Source of the DNA: Promethearchaeia archaeon
GTDB taxonomy: Archaea > Asgardarchaeota > Lokiarchaeia > Sigyniarchaeales > SOKP01
Assembly (NCBI GenBank): GCA_029856125.1
Contig: JAHQWJ010000062.1
Location: 1-64,000, forward strand
Reading direction: 5' to 3'
Length of the DNA stretch: 64,000 nt
Part shown: one piece after another, positions 38,798 through 49,054 of the stretch
Layout of the letters: each line of letters begins with the position of its first letter
Numbering within the stretch: the stretch's first letter is position 1
Notes under the pieces: generated by a model
Databases searched by the model: none
What the model saw: only the letters and a program-made list of their open reading frames with translations
Told to the model about the DNA's origin: nothing
Made by a program: the position numbers and the translations under genes

Positions 38798-39574
38798 ATG
38801 TCTTTAGAATTTCTGAGCGCTTTCAAATTCTTGAAAAAAGAGACTTTTCTCCACAGTTTAGATCCAAGAACTAAATTATTACTTGCTATAACATATACGA
38901 TTAGTGCTCTATTATTTCAAGAAATAATCCCCTTATTACTAATTTTAATAACCCTACTCCCAGTAATAATTATTGGAAAGTTGTTTAAAAAATGGGTTAA
39001 GAGCGTCAAAGGAATGTCTTTCCTCTACGTTTTTATTATTGTTCTTAATACTCTATTTATTAATGAAAATGGATTATCGTTCGCCATTGCTATGATCTTA
39101 AGGATTTCTATAATGATTTCAGCATTCTCTTTGTTTTTTTTAACTGTGGACCCAAACGATTTAGCTCTTTCCCTAATTTCTATGAAAATCCCATACGAGT
39201 ATGCGTTTTCTTTCTCGTTAGCATTTAGGTTTGTTCCAACTATTGCTATAGAAACACAAAATATCATCGATGCTCAACAGAGTCGAGGATATGAAATGCA
39301 AAAAAAAGGGATTATAAATCAAATAAAAAACTTATTTCCTCTTTTAGTTCCTCTTATTGTTAGTTCAATAAAAAGAGCTTTTAACGTAGCAGAAGCCTTA
39401 GAATCACGATCTTTTGGTAATAAAAAAGATCGGACATTTTATTATACGATTAGTTATTCCTTAAAAGATTGGATATTTTCGCTATACTTGATTCTTTTGT
39501 TAGCTCTTTTAATATTTATTAGAATTAACTTCATGTTAATGCCATTATGGTTTAGGTGGAGTTTACCATTATGA
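38798..39574 (+). CDS. ecfT: ECF transporter transmembrane component T
   Basis: LDPRTKL, RFVPT, AQQSRG and EALESRSF. Confidence 0.9.
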   Translation: MSLEFLSAFKFLKKETFLHSLDPRTKLLLAITYTISALLFQEIIPLLLILITLLPVIIIGKLFKKWVKSVKGMSFLYVFIIVLNTLFINENGLSFAIAMILRISIMISAFSLFFLTVDPNDLALSLISMKIPYEYAFSFSLAFRFVPTIAIETQNIIDAQQSRGYEMQKKGIINQIKNLFPLLVPLIVSSIKRAFNVAEALESRSFGNKKDRTFYYTISYSLKDWIFSLYLILLLALLIFIRINFMLMPLWFRWSLPL

Positions 39575-40227
39575 ATACCTATTCTATTGCGAATTCAAAT
39601 GGTGTTTCTAATTATTACATTGGAATTAACCAGATTGAGATTGATCCCAAAGAAGTTCAAATAAACAAATTAGTAGAATTAATTGAAATTATTCAAAGTC
39701 ATTATGAAGATACCCTTTTACAATTCTTCAACGATAGATATATTCTAAACCCAGAACATATATTGCATGCTTGTCATTTCGTCCAAAAAGCCTTCTATAC
39801 TAAAAATAACATTTCAAATAAAAAGAATCTTGAATTTCTTCTATACTTAGCTGCTAAGAGACAAATTAAGCTAAGTCTCGAATTTTTTGGGGTAAACGAT
39901 TATAATTTACAAGATAAAAGAATAAGTTTTTGTATTATCTCTCAAAAGGATAATATTCAGCAAGTGAATATCGAAATTAATAGCTATTTACATTCTCAAG
40001 ATATAGACTTAAATTTAGGAAATTTATCTATTGATAAGTTTAAAAACGTCAAAAAGTATTTTGAGTTTTCTGATACCCAGATTTTAACCGTCTTAAAGGC
40101 TTACGGATATAAAAACGACGTATTAGATATAAGTTCCAAAAATTTAGAAAGCTTGTATGGAGCATTGAATGACTTAATTTGTGAAAAAATGGTTTTACTA
40201 AGTTTAGAAAAAAGGAGATCTATTTAG
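39571..40227 (+). CDS. cgi121: KEOPS subunit Cgi121
   Basis: QFFN..I...HI.HA...AF...NIS....LEFLLYLAAKRQIK. Confidence 0.8.
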   Translation: MNTYSIANSNGVSNYYIGINQIEIDPKEVQINKLVELIEIIQSHYEDTLLQFFNDRYILNPEHILHACHFVQKAFYTKNNISNKKNLEFLLYLAAKRQIKLSLEFFGVNDYNLQDKRISFCIISQKDNIQQVNIEINSYLHSQDIDLNLGNLSIDKFKNVKKYFEFSDTQILTVLKAYGYKNDVLDISSKNLESLYGALNDLICEKMVLLSLEKRRSI

Positions 40228-40754
40228 AACTTATTGTACTTATTATTGATAACAAAGATATCATCGGGAGTTAGAAACGATATCCCACTAACCTTTCCTA
40301 GAAGTTCGATCTTTATAATTTTATCTGGATTATCCAAATCTACTCTATTAGTAATTATTTTTGCCACTGATTCAATAATGACATCTCGTTCTATAATCTC
40401 ATTTTTTCTACGTTTTAATTCGATCTTAAAAGAATCTTCTTTGTTTAAATAAAGAGGATAATATTTTTCTACAAAATCCTTTATTACATTTAGTTTTGTT
40501 TCACACACGTAATCAATAGGGACAATTTTCAGGATGAATTGAAAAAAACTAGAATCTTTTTCTAGGATTTCTTTAATCTTTCGTATCACTTCTTTAGTAT
40601 CAAGGTTGGTTGCAGCGGTTATTAATCCAGGATATTTGATCCCTTGAATAATAGGGTATGTATCGCCACACATTAACAGAGTAAACCAAATTTCTGCTTT
40701 TGCATTCGCTTCGTTAAATCTCGAAGTTGAGACTAATAAATTAAAGTTATTCAA
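40224..40754 (-). CDS. THUMP domain protein (Tan1-like)
   Basis: KIVPID, SFKIELKRR and VDLDNPDKIIKIE. Confidence 0.85.
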   Translation of the reverse strand: MNNFNLLVSTSRFNEANAKAEIWFTLLMCGDTYPIIQGIKYPGLITAATNLDTKEVIRKIKEILEKDSSFFQFILKIVPIDYVCETKLNVIKDFVEKYYPLYLNKEDSFKIELKRRKNEIIERDVIIESVAKIITNRVDLDNPDKIIKIELLGKVSGISFLTPDDIFVINNKYNKF

Positions 40755-40770
40755 TATTTACTCCAAATAG

Positions 40771-41439
40771 TTAATTTTTATTTAATTTAATAAAAACTTC
40801 AATTTCCTCTTCTGTTACGACCCCAGTTCGCAATAGCTTTAACTCTTCCAAAGTACAATCAACAATTGTCGTGGGAACTTTCGTTTTGGTTTTTCCCCCA
40901 TCAAGTATTAGATCTATTGGTGTTAAAAATTTTTTCGCTACTTCGTTTCCACTTATCGATGGAGGTTCTCCAGAATAGTTAGCTGAAGTTCCTATTATTC
41001 CCCCAAAATATCCTTTTATTTTTAATTTTTTTAAAATAGTTAGAACGATCTCGTTTTCTGGTACGCGAATACCAATCGTATTTCTACCAGCCGTAACTTC
41101 TGGAGGAATAATATTAGGTTCCTTCTTATTTAAAATTAAGGTCAATTGACCAGGCCAGAAGTGTTCAGCTAATTTATAACCTATTTTGTTAAATTCCGCA
41201 ACTTTTTCTGCTTCTTCAATATCTGCAACTAATAGTAATAATCCCTTTGAACGATCTCGATACTTGATATCGTAAATCTTTTCAATAGCAATTAGATTTG
41301 TTGGATCACATCCAAGCCCGTATACACTATTAGTAGGGAAAGCAATTAATTTACCCTCAATAATGTTCTCCACTGCAGTTTCGAAAACAAATTCTAAATC
41401 TTGAATTTTTTTTCCTTTAAGTTTTATTAAAAAACCCAT
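40771..41439 (-). CDS. sua5: L-threonylcarbamoyladenylate synthase (TsaC/Sua5 YrdC domain)
   Basis: AFPTNSVYGLG, K.R, FWPG.LT, GIRVP, TSAN.SG and PTTIVD. Confidence 0.92.
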   Translation of the reverse strand: MGFLIKLKGKKIQDLEFVFETAVENIIEGKLIAFPTNSVYGLGCDPTNLIAIEKIYDIKYRDRSKGLLLLVADIEEAEKVAEFNKIGYKLAEHFWPGQLTLILNKKEPNIIPPEVTAGRNTIGIRVPENEIVLTILKKLKIKGYFGGIIGTSANYSGEPPSISGNEVAKKFLTPIDLILDGGKTKTKVPTTIVDCTLEELKLLRTGVVTEEEIEVFIKLNKN

Positions 41440-41484
41440 TTGGATTCATTTGGATTATTTATTTATTAAATAATAAAAAATGTT

Positions 41485-42423
41485 TCACTGATGATTTTCT
41501 TGGCAGAATAATTCATCAGCGAGATTAGCCCACTGAAGATCGAGTCTTTCTTGAAGTTCAATTAACTCTTTTTCAGATAATTTTGAAAATCGTTTCTGTC
41601 TTGATAAGTAATCGATTAGTGGAGCTCTTTTTGAAGGATCTAATAGTGGTTTGCTTTTTTTTGATAAAGTTAAAACACCATTTTCGATTTCATATAAAAT
41701 CCACGAACCTGTTTTAACTGCTAAACGAGGAATTTCAATAGCATCTTCGGAAGCAATGCCCCATCCAGGAGGACAAGAAGCCAAAATGTGAATGTATTTA
41801 CATCCTTCAATTGATTTTGCTTTTTTAAATTTCTCATAAATATCGAGAGGTTCGCTTACAGAACAAGTGGCAACATAAGGGATATCATGTGCTGCCATTA
41901 TCCGGGGTAGATTTTTCTTAAATCGTTCTTTTCCTAATGTGGTTGTAGTTGTTATTGCTCCATGTGGTGTGCTAGATGATCGTTGAATTCCTGTATTCAT
42001 GTACGCTTCGTTATCGTAACAACAATAAATAAAATCAGAATTCCTTTCAGCAGCTCCACTCAAACCTTGAATGCCAATGTCTGTCGTGCCTCCATCTCCA
42101 GCAAAAACTAAAGTCGTCATTTTCTCCCATACTTTACCGGGAAATCGATAATTCTTTGCTTTGAAGGCAGCAGACATCCCAGTTGCAGCCGCTGCCGCCG
42201 CTGCAAATGCCATGTTTGTAAATGGGAAATTTGGTGCAGCTTTGGGCCATAACCCTACTACTACATTTAAACAACTAGCTGGTGATATTAATGCTGTATT
42301 GTGGCCCAATGCTTTCATTGCCCATCGTAGGGCAATTTCGAGACCACATCCAGCACAACATGAATTTCCTGGAAGAAAAAATTCTTCTTGACAAGATTCT
42401 AATGCTTCTTTTAATTTTACCAT
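41485..42423 (-). CDS. porB: 2-oxoacid (pyruvate):ferredoxin oxidoreductase beta subunit
   Basis: CAGCG, TPP motif GDGGT.DIG..., DNEAYMNTGIQRS and CPPGW. Confidence 0.9.
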   Translation of the reverse strand: MVKLKEALESCQEEFFLPGNSCCAGCGLEIALRWAMKALGHNTALISPASCLNVVVGLWPKAAPNFPFTNMAFAAAAAAATGMSAAFKAKNYRFPGKVWEKMTTLVFAGDGGTTDIGIQGLSGAAERNSDFIYCCYDNEAYMNTGIQRSSSTPHGAITTTTTLGKERFKKNLPRIMAAHDIPYVATCSVSEPLDIYEKFKKAKSIEGCKYIHILASCPPGWGIASEDAIEIPRLAVKTGSWILYEIENGVLTLSKKSKPLLDPSKRAPLIDYLSRQKRFSKLSEKELIELQERLDLQWANLADELFCQENHQ

Positions 42424-42426
42424 TAT

Positions 42427-43683
42427 CTATTCCACCTCTAATAATCCGTCCCAAAAAGTGCCATAAAGCATATCTTTTGGGAACTCTCCGGTTTCGTTTA
42501 GTTTTATTAACATTTTTAATTGAACTTTTTGTTGTTCCAAAGTAACTTCTCTTCCGCCTAAACCGTTTATCATTGGCAATATTCTAGCGGTACCCTTAAC
42601 TCCATGTAAAGCGGTTTTTACCTCGCAACTCACGGGTCCTCCCGTTGGACTTCCAAACGCCGTTGCTCTATCAACTACTCCAAGAAGTGGCACTTTTTTA
42701 GCAATTTCAATAATATCTTCAACTGGAAAAGGTCTTAAATGCCTTAATTTAACCATACCAACGTTATATCCTTCTTCTCTCAAATCATCAACCGCTTGTT
42801 CCATTTGTAGAGCTAAGTCCCCATAAATTACCATCCCTACATCTGCCCCTTTCATTTTATATTCTTGAACTAAACCATTTCCGTAATTTCTACCGAAAGT
42901 CTTTTCAAAATCTTTTGCTACGCTTTTAATTTTCTCTTTAGCTCTAACCATGGCATCGTGAATCTTCATTCTGAACTCGTAATAGAATCCCGATGGCATG
43001 ATGAGATTCCCAAACATTAGAGGTCTTTCTGGATCAAACCATATATGAGGCCATCCTTTTTCGTCTGGCAAAGGTGGTAAAAATGAATCAACTAAATCTT
43101 GATCTTCAATTATTACAGGTTTAGATGTGTGAGATAATATAAATCCTCCGTAGGCGACGAATTTAGGCAATAAAACTTCGTAATCTTCACATATTTTATA
43201 GGACATTAAAATTTCGTCGTAAATCTCTTGATGAGTCGCACAAAACGCAGTCATCCATCCAGTGTCCCGACAACTAATAACATCTGTAAAATCAGCCCAT
43301 ATATTCCATGGTGGTGCAGCCCCTCTCGATGCAATAGTGGTGACAATTGGTAATCTGGACCCACTAGCCCAATGAAGCATCTCGAACATGTAAAAAAGGC
43401 CTTGTCCTGCCGTTGCTGTAAAAGTTCGAGTTCCAGCTTTACTTGCTGCAATAACTGAAGCCATTACAGAATGTTCAGATTCTACTTTTATATACTGAGT
43501 TCCTGGCATTAATCCATTATCAGCAAATTCAGAAAGTTTTTCTACTACTGTTGTTTGAGGCGTAATTGGATAAGCGCTTATAACTTGAACTCTGGCAGAC
43601 TTAGCGGCGTAAGCTGCTGAAATGTTTCCTTTTATTACTATCGTTTCTTTTTCTTGAACAAAATCATTTGTGGCTTCAACCAT
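42427..43683 (-). CDS. porA: 2-oxoacid (pyruvate):ferredoxin oxidoreductase alpha subunit
   Basis: GN..AA, AYPITPQT, VESEHS, RPFP and GLGGR. True start ATG 43683. Confidence 0.9.
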   Translation of the reverse strand: MVEATNDFVQEKETIVIKGNISAAYAAKSARVQVISAYPITPQTTVVEKLSEFADNGLMPGTQYIKVESEHSVMASVIAASKAGTRTFTATAGQGLFYMFEMLHWASGSRLPIVTTIASRGAAPPWNIWADFTDVISCRDTGWMTAFCATHQEIYDEILMSYKICEDYEVLLPKFVAYGGFILSHTSKPVIIEDQDLVDSFLPPLPDEKGWPHIWFDPERPLMFGNLIMPSGFYYEFRMKIHDAMVRAKEKIKSVAKDFEKTFGRNYGNGLVQEYKMKGADVGMVIYGDLALQMEQAVDDLREEGYNVGMVKLRHLRPFPVEDIIEIAKKVPLLGVVDRATAFGSPTGGPVSCEVKTALHGVKGTARILPMINGLGGREVTLEQQKVQLKMLIKLNETGEFPKDMLYGTFWDGLLEVE

Positions 43684-43684
43684 C

Positions 43685-44026
43685 TTATATATCACTCTCT
43701 CTAACCATTTCAATATTTTTAGTAGGACATTCTTTTGCGCAAATTCCACAACCTTTACAATATAATAAATCAATTTCAAAATGTCCATCTTCTTTCTTTT
43801 CAATAACACCTTCGGGACAATACATCCAACAAATTCCGCATTTATTACAGTTTTCTTGATCTATTATAGGTCTAAATGTTCTCCAATCACCGGTCGCTCC
43901 CATGTTTCCTTCAATAGGTAGGGAAATAGGAATTGGAGGCAACTCTTTCCAATTTTTATATTCTTGAACTTTAGGGCGTTCTTTTTTAGATTTATTAATT
44001 TTTTTCCATTTTTCAGATTCAGACAT
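43685..44026 (-). CDS. porD: 2-oxoacid:ferredoxin oxidoreductase delta subunit
   Basis: [21 protein letters not shown] and [13 protein letters not shown]. Confidence 0.92.
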   Translation of the reverse strand: MSESEKWKKINKSKKERPKVQEYKNWKELPPIPISLPIEGNMGATGDWRTFRPIIDQENCNKCGICWMYCPEGVIEKKEDGHFEIDLLYCKGCGICAKECPTKNIEMVRESDI

Positions 44027-44028
44027 AA

Positions 44029-44604
44029 TTATACCTCCCTTACAGAATTATAAGCGTCTTTTGTAACTATCATGTTTTTTTCTAACTTATTTTCTCCAAA
44101 TTCTTTTTTAAGAACTTTTTCCATAATCTTAAGGTCGTAATACCCAGTAATTTTACCAAAAGCCCCTAACATAGGAATATTTAGAATTGGTCCACTAGAA
44201 TGCATGAATCCTCTATTTATACAAATCCCAGTTGCATCTACTAGATGGGTCTTTAGGTTCTTTGGAAATAAACTTAAATCGATCGATTTAGCGCTGTTAA
44301 TTAAAAGCGTAACTCCTTCTCTAATCGTTTCTTTCACTTTTGGAATAGCTAACAAAGAAGTATCAAAAATCATTATGTAATCAGGATTGACTACACTATC
44401 GTAAGTTTTTATAGGTTTATTCCTTGAAATTTTAGTGAATGCTTGAATTGGAGCACCTCTTCGCTCAGCACCTATAATGGGGATCGCAATAGCGTCTTTA
44501 AACCCCTCTTCATAAGCAAATTTAGCTAAAAGTTGGCTCGCAGTGATAGCAGTTTGACCTCCTCGACCATGAAAGGTAATTTCTATTATTCCATTATCAG
44601 TCAA
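44029..44604 (-). CDS. porC: 2-oxoacid:ferredoxin oxidoreductase gamma subunit
   Basis: [19 protein letters not shown] and N.PMLGA. Confidence 0.92.
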   Translation of the reverse strand: MTDNGIIEITFHGRGGQTAITASQLLAKFAYEEGFKDAIAIPIIGAERRGAPIQAFTKISRNKPIKTYDSVVNPDYIMIFDTSLLAIPKVKETIREGVTLLINSAKSIDLSLFPKNLKTHLVDATGICINRGFMHSSGPILNIPMLGAFGKITGYYDLKIMEKVLKKEFGENKLEKNMIVTKDAYNSVREV

Positions 44605-44844
44605 TTTTTTCCATCCTTATATTTATTCAATCTTATAAATTTGATAATAATAAAAGCCATAAAACAGTAATATAGTTATTTTTTTGGAAAACTTATAAAA
44701 TTATCTTAAATAGAACTACTAAAGTAAAGTAACTAGCAATAAATTAAAAATTTCTGGATAAAATTTATAAGGTAGACACTGAAATTGATGAAAATTAATA
44801 ATAACCTTAACTTATTTTCCTAAAATGTAGATTAGTGATTAATT

Positions 44845-45414
44845 TTGTCAGAAAAATCAAAGAATGAGGAAGTAGAATATTCATTCAAATGCCCTTCATG
44901 TGATAAAGGTAAAATAAAAATTCTTAAAACTACTTATGATGTGCCTGACGGAGATAAAATGTTACTTATTAAATTCGAATGTAACATTTGTAATTTTACT
45001 AATAATGATGTAATTCCTTTAACTACCAACAATACTCCCGGAATTATGACTTTAAGCGTTTCAAATGAAAAAGATTTAAAATCAAAAATCTATCGTTCCC
45101 CTGTTGGAAAATTAGAAATTCCAGAGTTGGAATTATTCGTTGTGCCTGGTCCAAACGCCGATTTTTACTACACAAATGTTGAAGGGATATTATTTAGGTT
45201 TGAGAATGCCGTTTTAATTTATCGTAAAAATCTCGAAAAAGACGATGATGAAATAGAAGATATTGATAAAATCTTACACGATCTACGTAAGGCAATGAAG
45301 GGAGATTTTAAATTTACTTTAATAATAACTGACACAGGAGGCGGAAGTTATATCATTCCTGAAGATGAATCAAAATACTCGTTTCAAAAATTCGAACAGA
45401 AAGAATTAAATTAA
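44845..45414 (+). CDS. ZPR1 zinc-finger domain protein
   Basis: CPSC..CNIC, IPELEL.V.PG, TNVEGIL and D..G.SYI. Confidence 0.88.
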   Translation: MSEKSKNEEVEYSFKCPSCDKGKIKILKTTYDVPDGDKMLLIKFECNICNFTNNDVIPLTTNNTPGIMTLSVSNEKDLKSKIYRSPVGKLEIPELELFVVPGPNADFYYTNVEGILFRFENAVLIYRKNLEKDDDEIEDIDKILHDLRKAMKGDFKFTLIITDTGGGSYIIPEDESKYSFQKFEQKELN

Positions 45415-45480
45415 AAGTAATCAGTGTAATTATCATAATTTCTAAATAGTAATATATTTTTTAAAATTAGATTATAATAA

Positions 45481-46641
45481 GTGCGAAATCAATTGACAAT
45501 TAAAAAAATTGGAATCCTCACAGGTGGTGGCGATTGTCCGGGTTTAAACTCAGTCATTTACGGAATTATGCTAAAAGCTTATGACGCAGGTGTAGAATGC
45601 GTTGGAATTCTAAAAGGTTGGAAGGGTCTTATAGAAAATCTAACTATCCCACTTAAAATAGCAGAACATGATGACTTACACACTATTGGAGGGACTATTT
45701 TATATACAAGCAGAACCAATCCATTTAAAGGAGCGGAGTCTAAAGAAGAAGTTGCTAAAGGTTTGGTAAATAAATTAGATGAAATGGGTATTGACGCTTT
45801 AATTGCGATTGGAGGGGATGATACTTTAAGCGTTGCGGATGCTATGTGTAAATACGCAAAAGCAAATGTAATCGGATGCCCCAAAACGATTGACAATGAC
45901 TTGTTTGGGACTCATTACACGTTCGGGTTTTGGAGTTCGACGCAATTAGCCTCTAACGCAATGGACAATCTCACTACAACAGCTCGATCGCATCAACGGG
46001 TTTTTGTAGTTGAAATAATGGGGAGAGATGCAGGATTTCTCACTATGTATAGTGGAATTTCTGCTGGTGCTGATATTATATTAATCCCCGAAACACCATT
46101 TGATTTAGAATTGGACATTATTGATGTGCTTAAAAAGAGGGCAAATGCAGGATATAAATATCATATCATAGCAACTTCTGAAGGCGCTTATCCAAAGTTG
46201 GAATCACTTAATCGAGATTTTAAAACGATTTCAAAAGAAACCATTGATAAATTGCCTAAAGACACTTACGGTAATCCTCTCCTCGCGAAATTAAATATAT
46301 CTAAGATAATTGTTGATGAATTAAACTTAAGAGAAGATCTTAAATCAGAATTTCAGAAAAACGGTGTTGATTTTGAATGTAGAAGCGTCGTTCTTGGTCA
46401 TACTATGAGAGCCGGAACTCCTAATTGTTATGATCGAATATTAGGATTGAGGTTTGGTTTAGCTGCGATGAAACTAGTTTTAAACAAAGACTTTGGTTAT
46501 ATGGTTTCGCTCCAAGGAACTAAAATAGAGAAGGTTCCCTTAGCTGAAGGTGTTAAAAAGAAGTATTTAACATTTGATAATGATAAAATGGAATTAAGAG
46601 ACTTGTTGGTAAAAATTCGATATCTTTCTAAGCAAAAATAG
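45481..46641 (+). CDS. pfkA: PfkA-family 6-phosphofructokinase, probably PPi-dependent
   Basis: TGGGDCPGLN, GGTIL.TSR, GGDDT, PKTIDND, EIMGR and LGHT.R; start probably TTG 45493. Confidence 0.9.
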   Translation: MRNQLTIKKIGILTGGGDCPGLNSVIYGIMLKAYDAGVECVGILKGWKGLIENLTIPLKIAEHDDLHTIGGTILYTSRTNPFKGAESKEEVAKGLVNKLDEMGIDALIAIGGDDTLSVADAMCKYAKANVIGCPKTIDNDLFGTHYTFGFWSSTQLASNAMDNLTTTARSHQRVFVVEIMGRDAGFLTMYSGISAGADIILIPETPFDLELDIIDVLKKRANAGYKYHIIATSEGAYPKLESLNRDFKTISKETIDKLPKDTYGNPLLAKLNISKIIVDELNLREDLKSEFQKNGVDFECRSVVLGHTMRAGTPNCYDRILGLRFGLAAMKLVLNKDFGYMVSLQGTKIEKVPLAEGVKKKYLTFDNDKMELRDLLVKIRYLSKQK

Positions 46642-46769
46642 CACAATAATGTGCTACTACTAAGTTTACTTAGAATATAATTGTGGAATGAAATAATCAT
46701 AAATTCTTCCGTTCTATATGAAATAGGTTATATACATGGCTATCATTTTAGAATCATACTTGCATTTAA

Positions 46770-47555
46770 ATGAAAAAGAAAATGACAGCTTCTATTGTAA
46801 TTGAGGGAAAAATCTCTGTAAATGCAGTTTTGCACTCAAAATATCGTAAGGTTCTGACTTTATTTTATGATGTTACCAAGCTAGAGAGGAAAAGGAATAT
46901 TAAACAAGCAAAATCTCTCAAGCAAATACTGGAATCAGTAAAATCCAAGGAAATCAAGGTTGAAGTAGTGGATAAAAAGTGGTTTGATAAACATGCAAAG
47001 GGGAAGACTCATGGAGGAATTGCTGCTATTGTAAGTGAAAGAATCTACCAAAAAATGCCTGAACTCTTGAATTCAAAACTCAGCACTATTTTTTTTTTAG
47101 ATGGAATTGAAGACCCTTATAATCTTGGTTACACAATACGGTCATTATATGCTGCAGGAATAGATGGAATCGTTATGAAACAGAGAAATTGGCTTGATGT
47201 GGAAGCAATAATTATTAAATCTTCCGCAGGCACCTCAGAATTAATGCCGATAGCATTAGTTGAAGATCTAGAAACAGCAGCTAACTTCTTCAAATCTAAT
47301 AATTACACCATTGCTTGTGCTAGTAAAGATAAAGGAAAGTCAATATATCAAAGTAGTCTGAGCCCTCCGATATTTATAGTAATTGGGGGTGAAAAAAGAG
47401 GCATTAATCGTACTTTTTTAGATAAAGCAGATTTACGGTTTACTATTCCTTATAAGCGGGAATTTGCCGGATCTCTCCCGCTTAATTCAGCAGCAATTAT
47501 AATTGGATTTGAAATTCTTAGACAACACGATTATTCTCACAAGGAAGTCTTCTAA
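46770..47555 (+). CDS. TrmH/SpoU family RNA 2'-O-methyltransferase
   Basis: HGGI, LDGIEDPYNLG..IRS, KSSAG, IGGE..G and IP....SL. Confidence 0.88.
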   Translation: MKKKMTASIVIEGKISVNAVLHSKYRKVLTLFYDVTKLERKRNIKQAKSLKQILESVKSKEIKVEVVDKKWFDKHAKGKTHGGIAAIVSERIYQKMPELLNSKLSTIFFLDGIEDPYNLGYTIRSLYAAGIDGIVMKQRNWLDVEAIIIKSSAGTSELMPIALVEDLETAANFFKSNNYTIACASKDKGKSIYQSSLSPPIFIVIGGEKRGINRTFLDKADLRFTIPYKREFAGSLPLNSAAIIIGFEILRQHDYSHKEVF

Positions 47556-47584
47556 TCATTTTAAAAAATAACTTTAATTTCTAC

Positions 47585-48829
47585 TTAGCCATAATGCTTC
47601 TCTTCTTCCTGTTCAGCATCAATTGCGTCTTTTTCTACATCTCGATCGAGCCACTTTTCGCTTAGTAATTCTTTATAGTATTCATGTTGAATAATTAAAT
47701 TCATTATTTCCGTAGTTCCAGTCCATATTTCTCCAAGTCTTGAATCTCGAAGTATTCTTTCAATAGGATAAACGGTTGTATAACCAATTCCCCCCATTAC
47801 TTGCATTGCGCTATTGATAACCTTCCAGCAAGCTTTAGTAGAAAATTTTTTTGATTCAGAAACTAATCTTCTTTGTAAAGCGGATGGCGCACCTGCATCA
47901 ATGGTTCTTGCTGTATTCAAAACTAATGACCTCGCTGCATCTAAAAGCGTAATGCTATCGGCTATTTTAAAATTCACAGCTTGAAAGTTTTTTATTATCT
48001 GCCCAAAAGCTTTTCTCTTAGTTGAATATTTAGTAGCAATATGAAGACATGTCCTTGCTGATCCTAGTGAGCCCGATGCGGTTGTAAGACGTTCAGGGAC
48101 CATCATTTGATAAAAGATTATACCTCCCTTCCCTTCCCCCATAATGACATTTTCTTTAGGAACATGAACATCTTCAAATTTGAGTCTTCCAGCACCACCA
48201 CCTCTAGTTCCTAAAAGACCATATAAATATTCAGTTTCAACACCTTTACTACGATCTACAATAAAAAGAGTTAGAGATGACCGAGGATCAGCTTTAGGAT
48301 CTAAATTGGTTTTAGCATAAACTAGAAAGAAATCAGCTCCCTCAGCACCTACAACAAAACGCTTCTCCCCGTTTATTATATAATAATCCCCATCTTCAAC
48401 AGCCGTGCAAGTTGACCCAAAGAAATCAGAACCCCCTCTTGGTTCTGTTAAAGCCTCTGCTGTATATTTCTTACCTTCACACATTGGTTTTAGGTACTTT
48501 AACTTTTGATCGTCAGAACCAAACAAATTCATAGCTTCTCCAGTAATTATAGGAAGAGAATATAAACATGGTAGAGCGCTCCCTAATACACCTACTTCTT
48601 CAAGAGCTACAACCTCACATTCCCAATTTAATCCTCGACCACCAAATTCTTTAGGAAACCTTAAACCTATAAGATTTTTTTTACCAAGCTTCTGTAAAAA
48701 CTCCGTCGGATAGTTAATTTCTTCTTTATCCATTTTTTTAATTAAGGAGGGAGGAACATCGTCTCTCACGAATGCACGTACCTCTTCTTTAATTTTCTTG
48801 GCATCTTCACTTATTAAATAATCAAACAT
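47585..48829 (-). CDS. Acyl-CoA dehydrogenase
   Basis: [35 protein letters not shown] and IWTGTTEI. Confidence 0.93.
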   Translation of the reverse strand: MFDYLISEDAKKIKEEVRAFVRDDVPPSLIKKMDKEEINYPTEFLQKLGKKNLIGLRFPKEFGGRGLNWECEVVALEEVGVLGSALPCLYSLPIITGEAMNLFGSDDQKLKYLKPMCEGKKYTAEALTEPRGGSDFFGSTCTAVEDGDYYIINGEKRFVVGAEGADFFLVYAKTNLDPKADPRSSLTLFIVDRSKGVETEYLYGLLGTRGGGAGRLKFEDVHVPKENVIMGEGKGGIIFYQMMVPERLTTASGSLGSARTCLHIATKYSTKRKAFGQIIKNFQAVNFKIADSITLLDAARSLVLNTARTIDAGAPSALQRRLVSESKKFSTKACWKVINSAMQVMGGIGYTTVYPIERILRDSRLGEIWTGTTEIMNLIIQHEYYKELLSEKWLDRDVEKDAIDAEQEEEKHYG

Positions 48830-49054
48830 TTTTGATTCTCGCTTTATATTTTATAATACTCAATAAAAATAATAGACAGTTTAAAATTTATTAGTTTCCA
48901 ACAATTTTTAAAAAAAATAAGAAATCCATATTTAGTAATACAGAGAGCAATATCGTGGTAATATGAAGGTATATGGTAAAGTACGTGAAAGTTCAGTTTC
49001 ACGAACTTGAACAACAAATAAATAAAATTAGATTTCTATTTTATAATTTGAAAA

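Noticed and set aside
43684-43809. ORF-track N-terminal extension of porA
   Set aside because: Overlaps porD; homology begins at MVEATND (43683).
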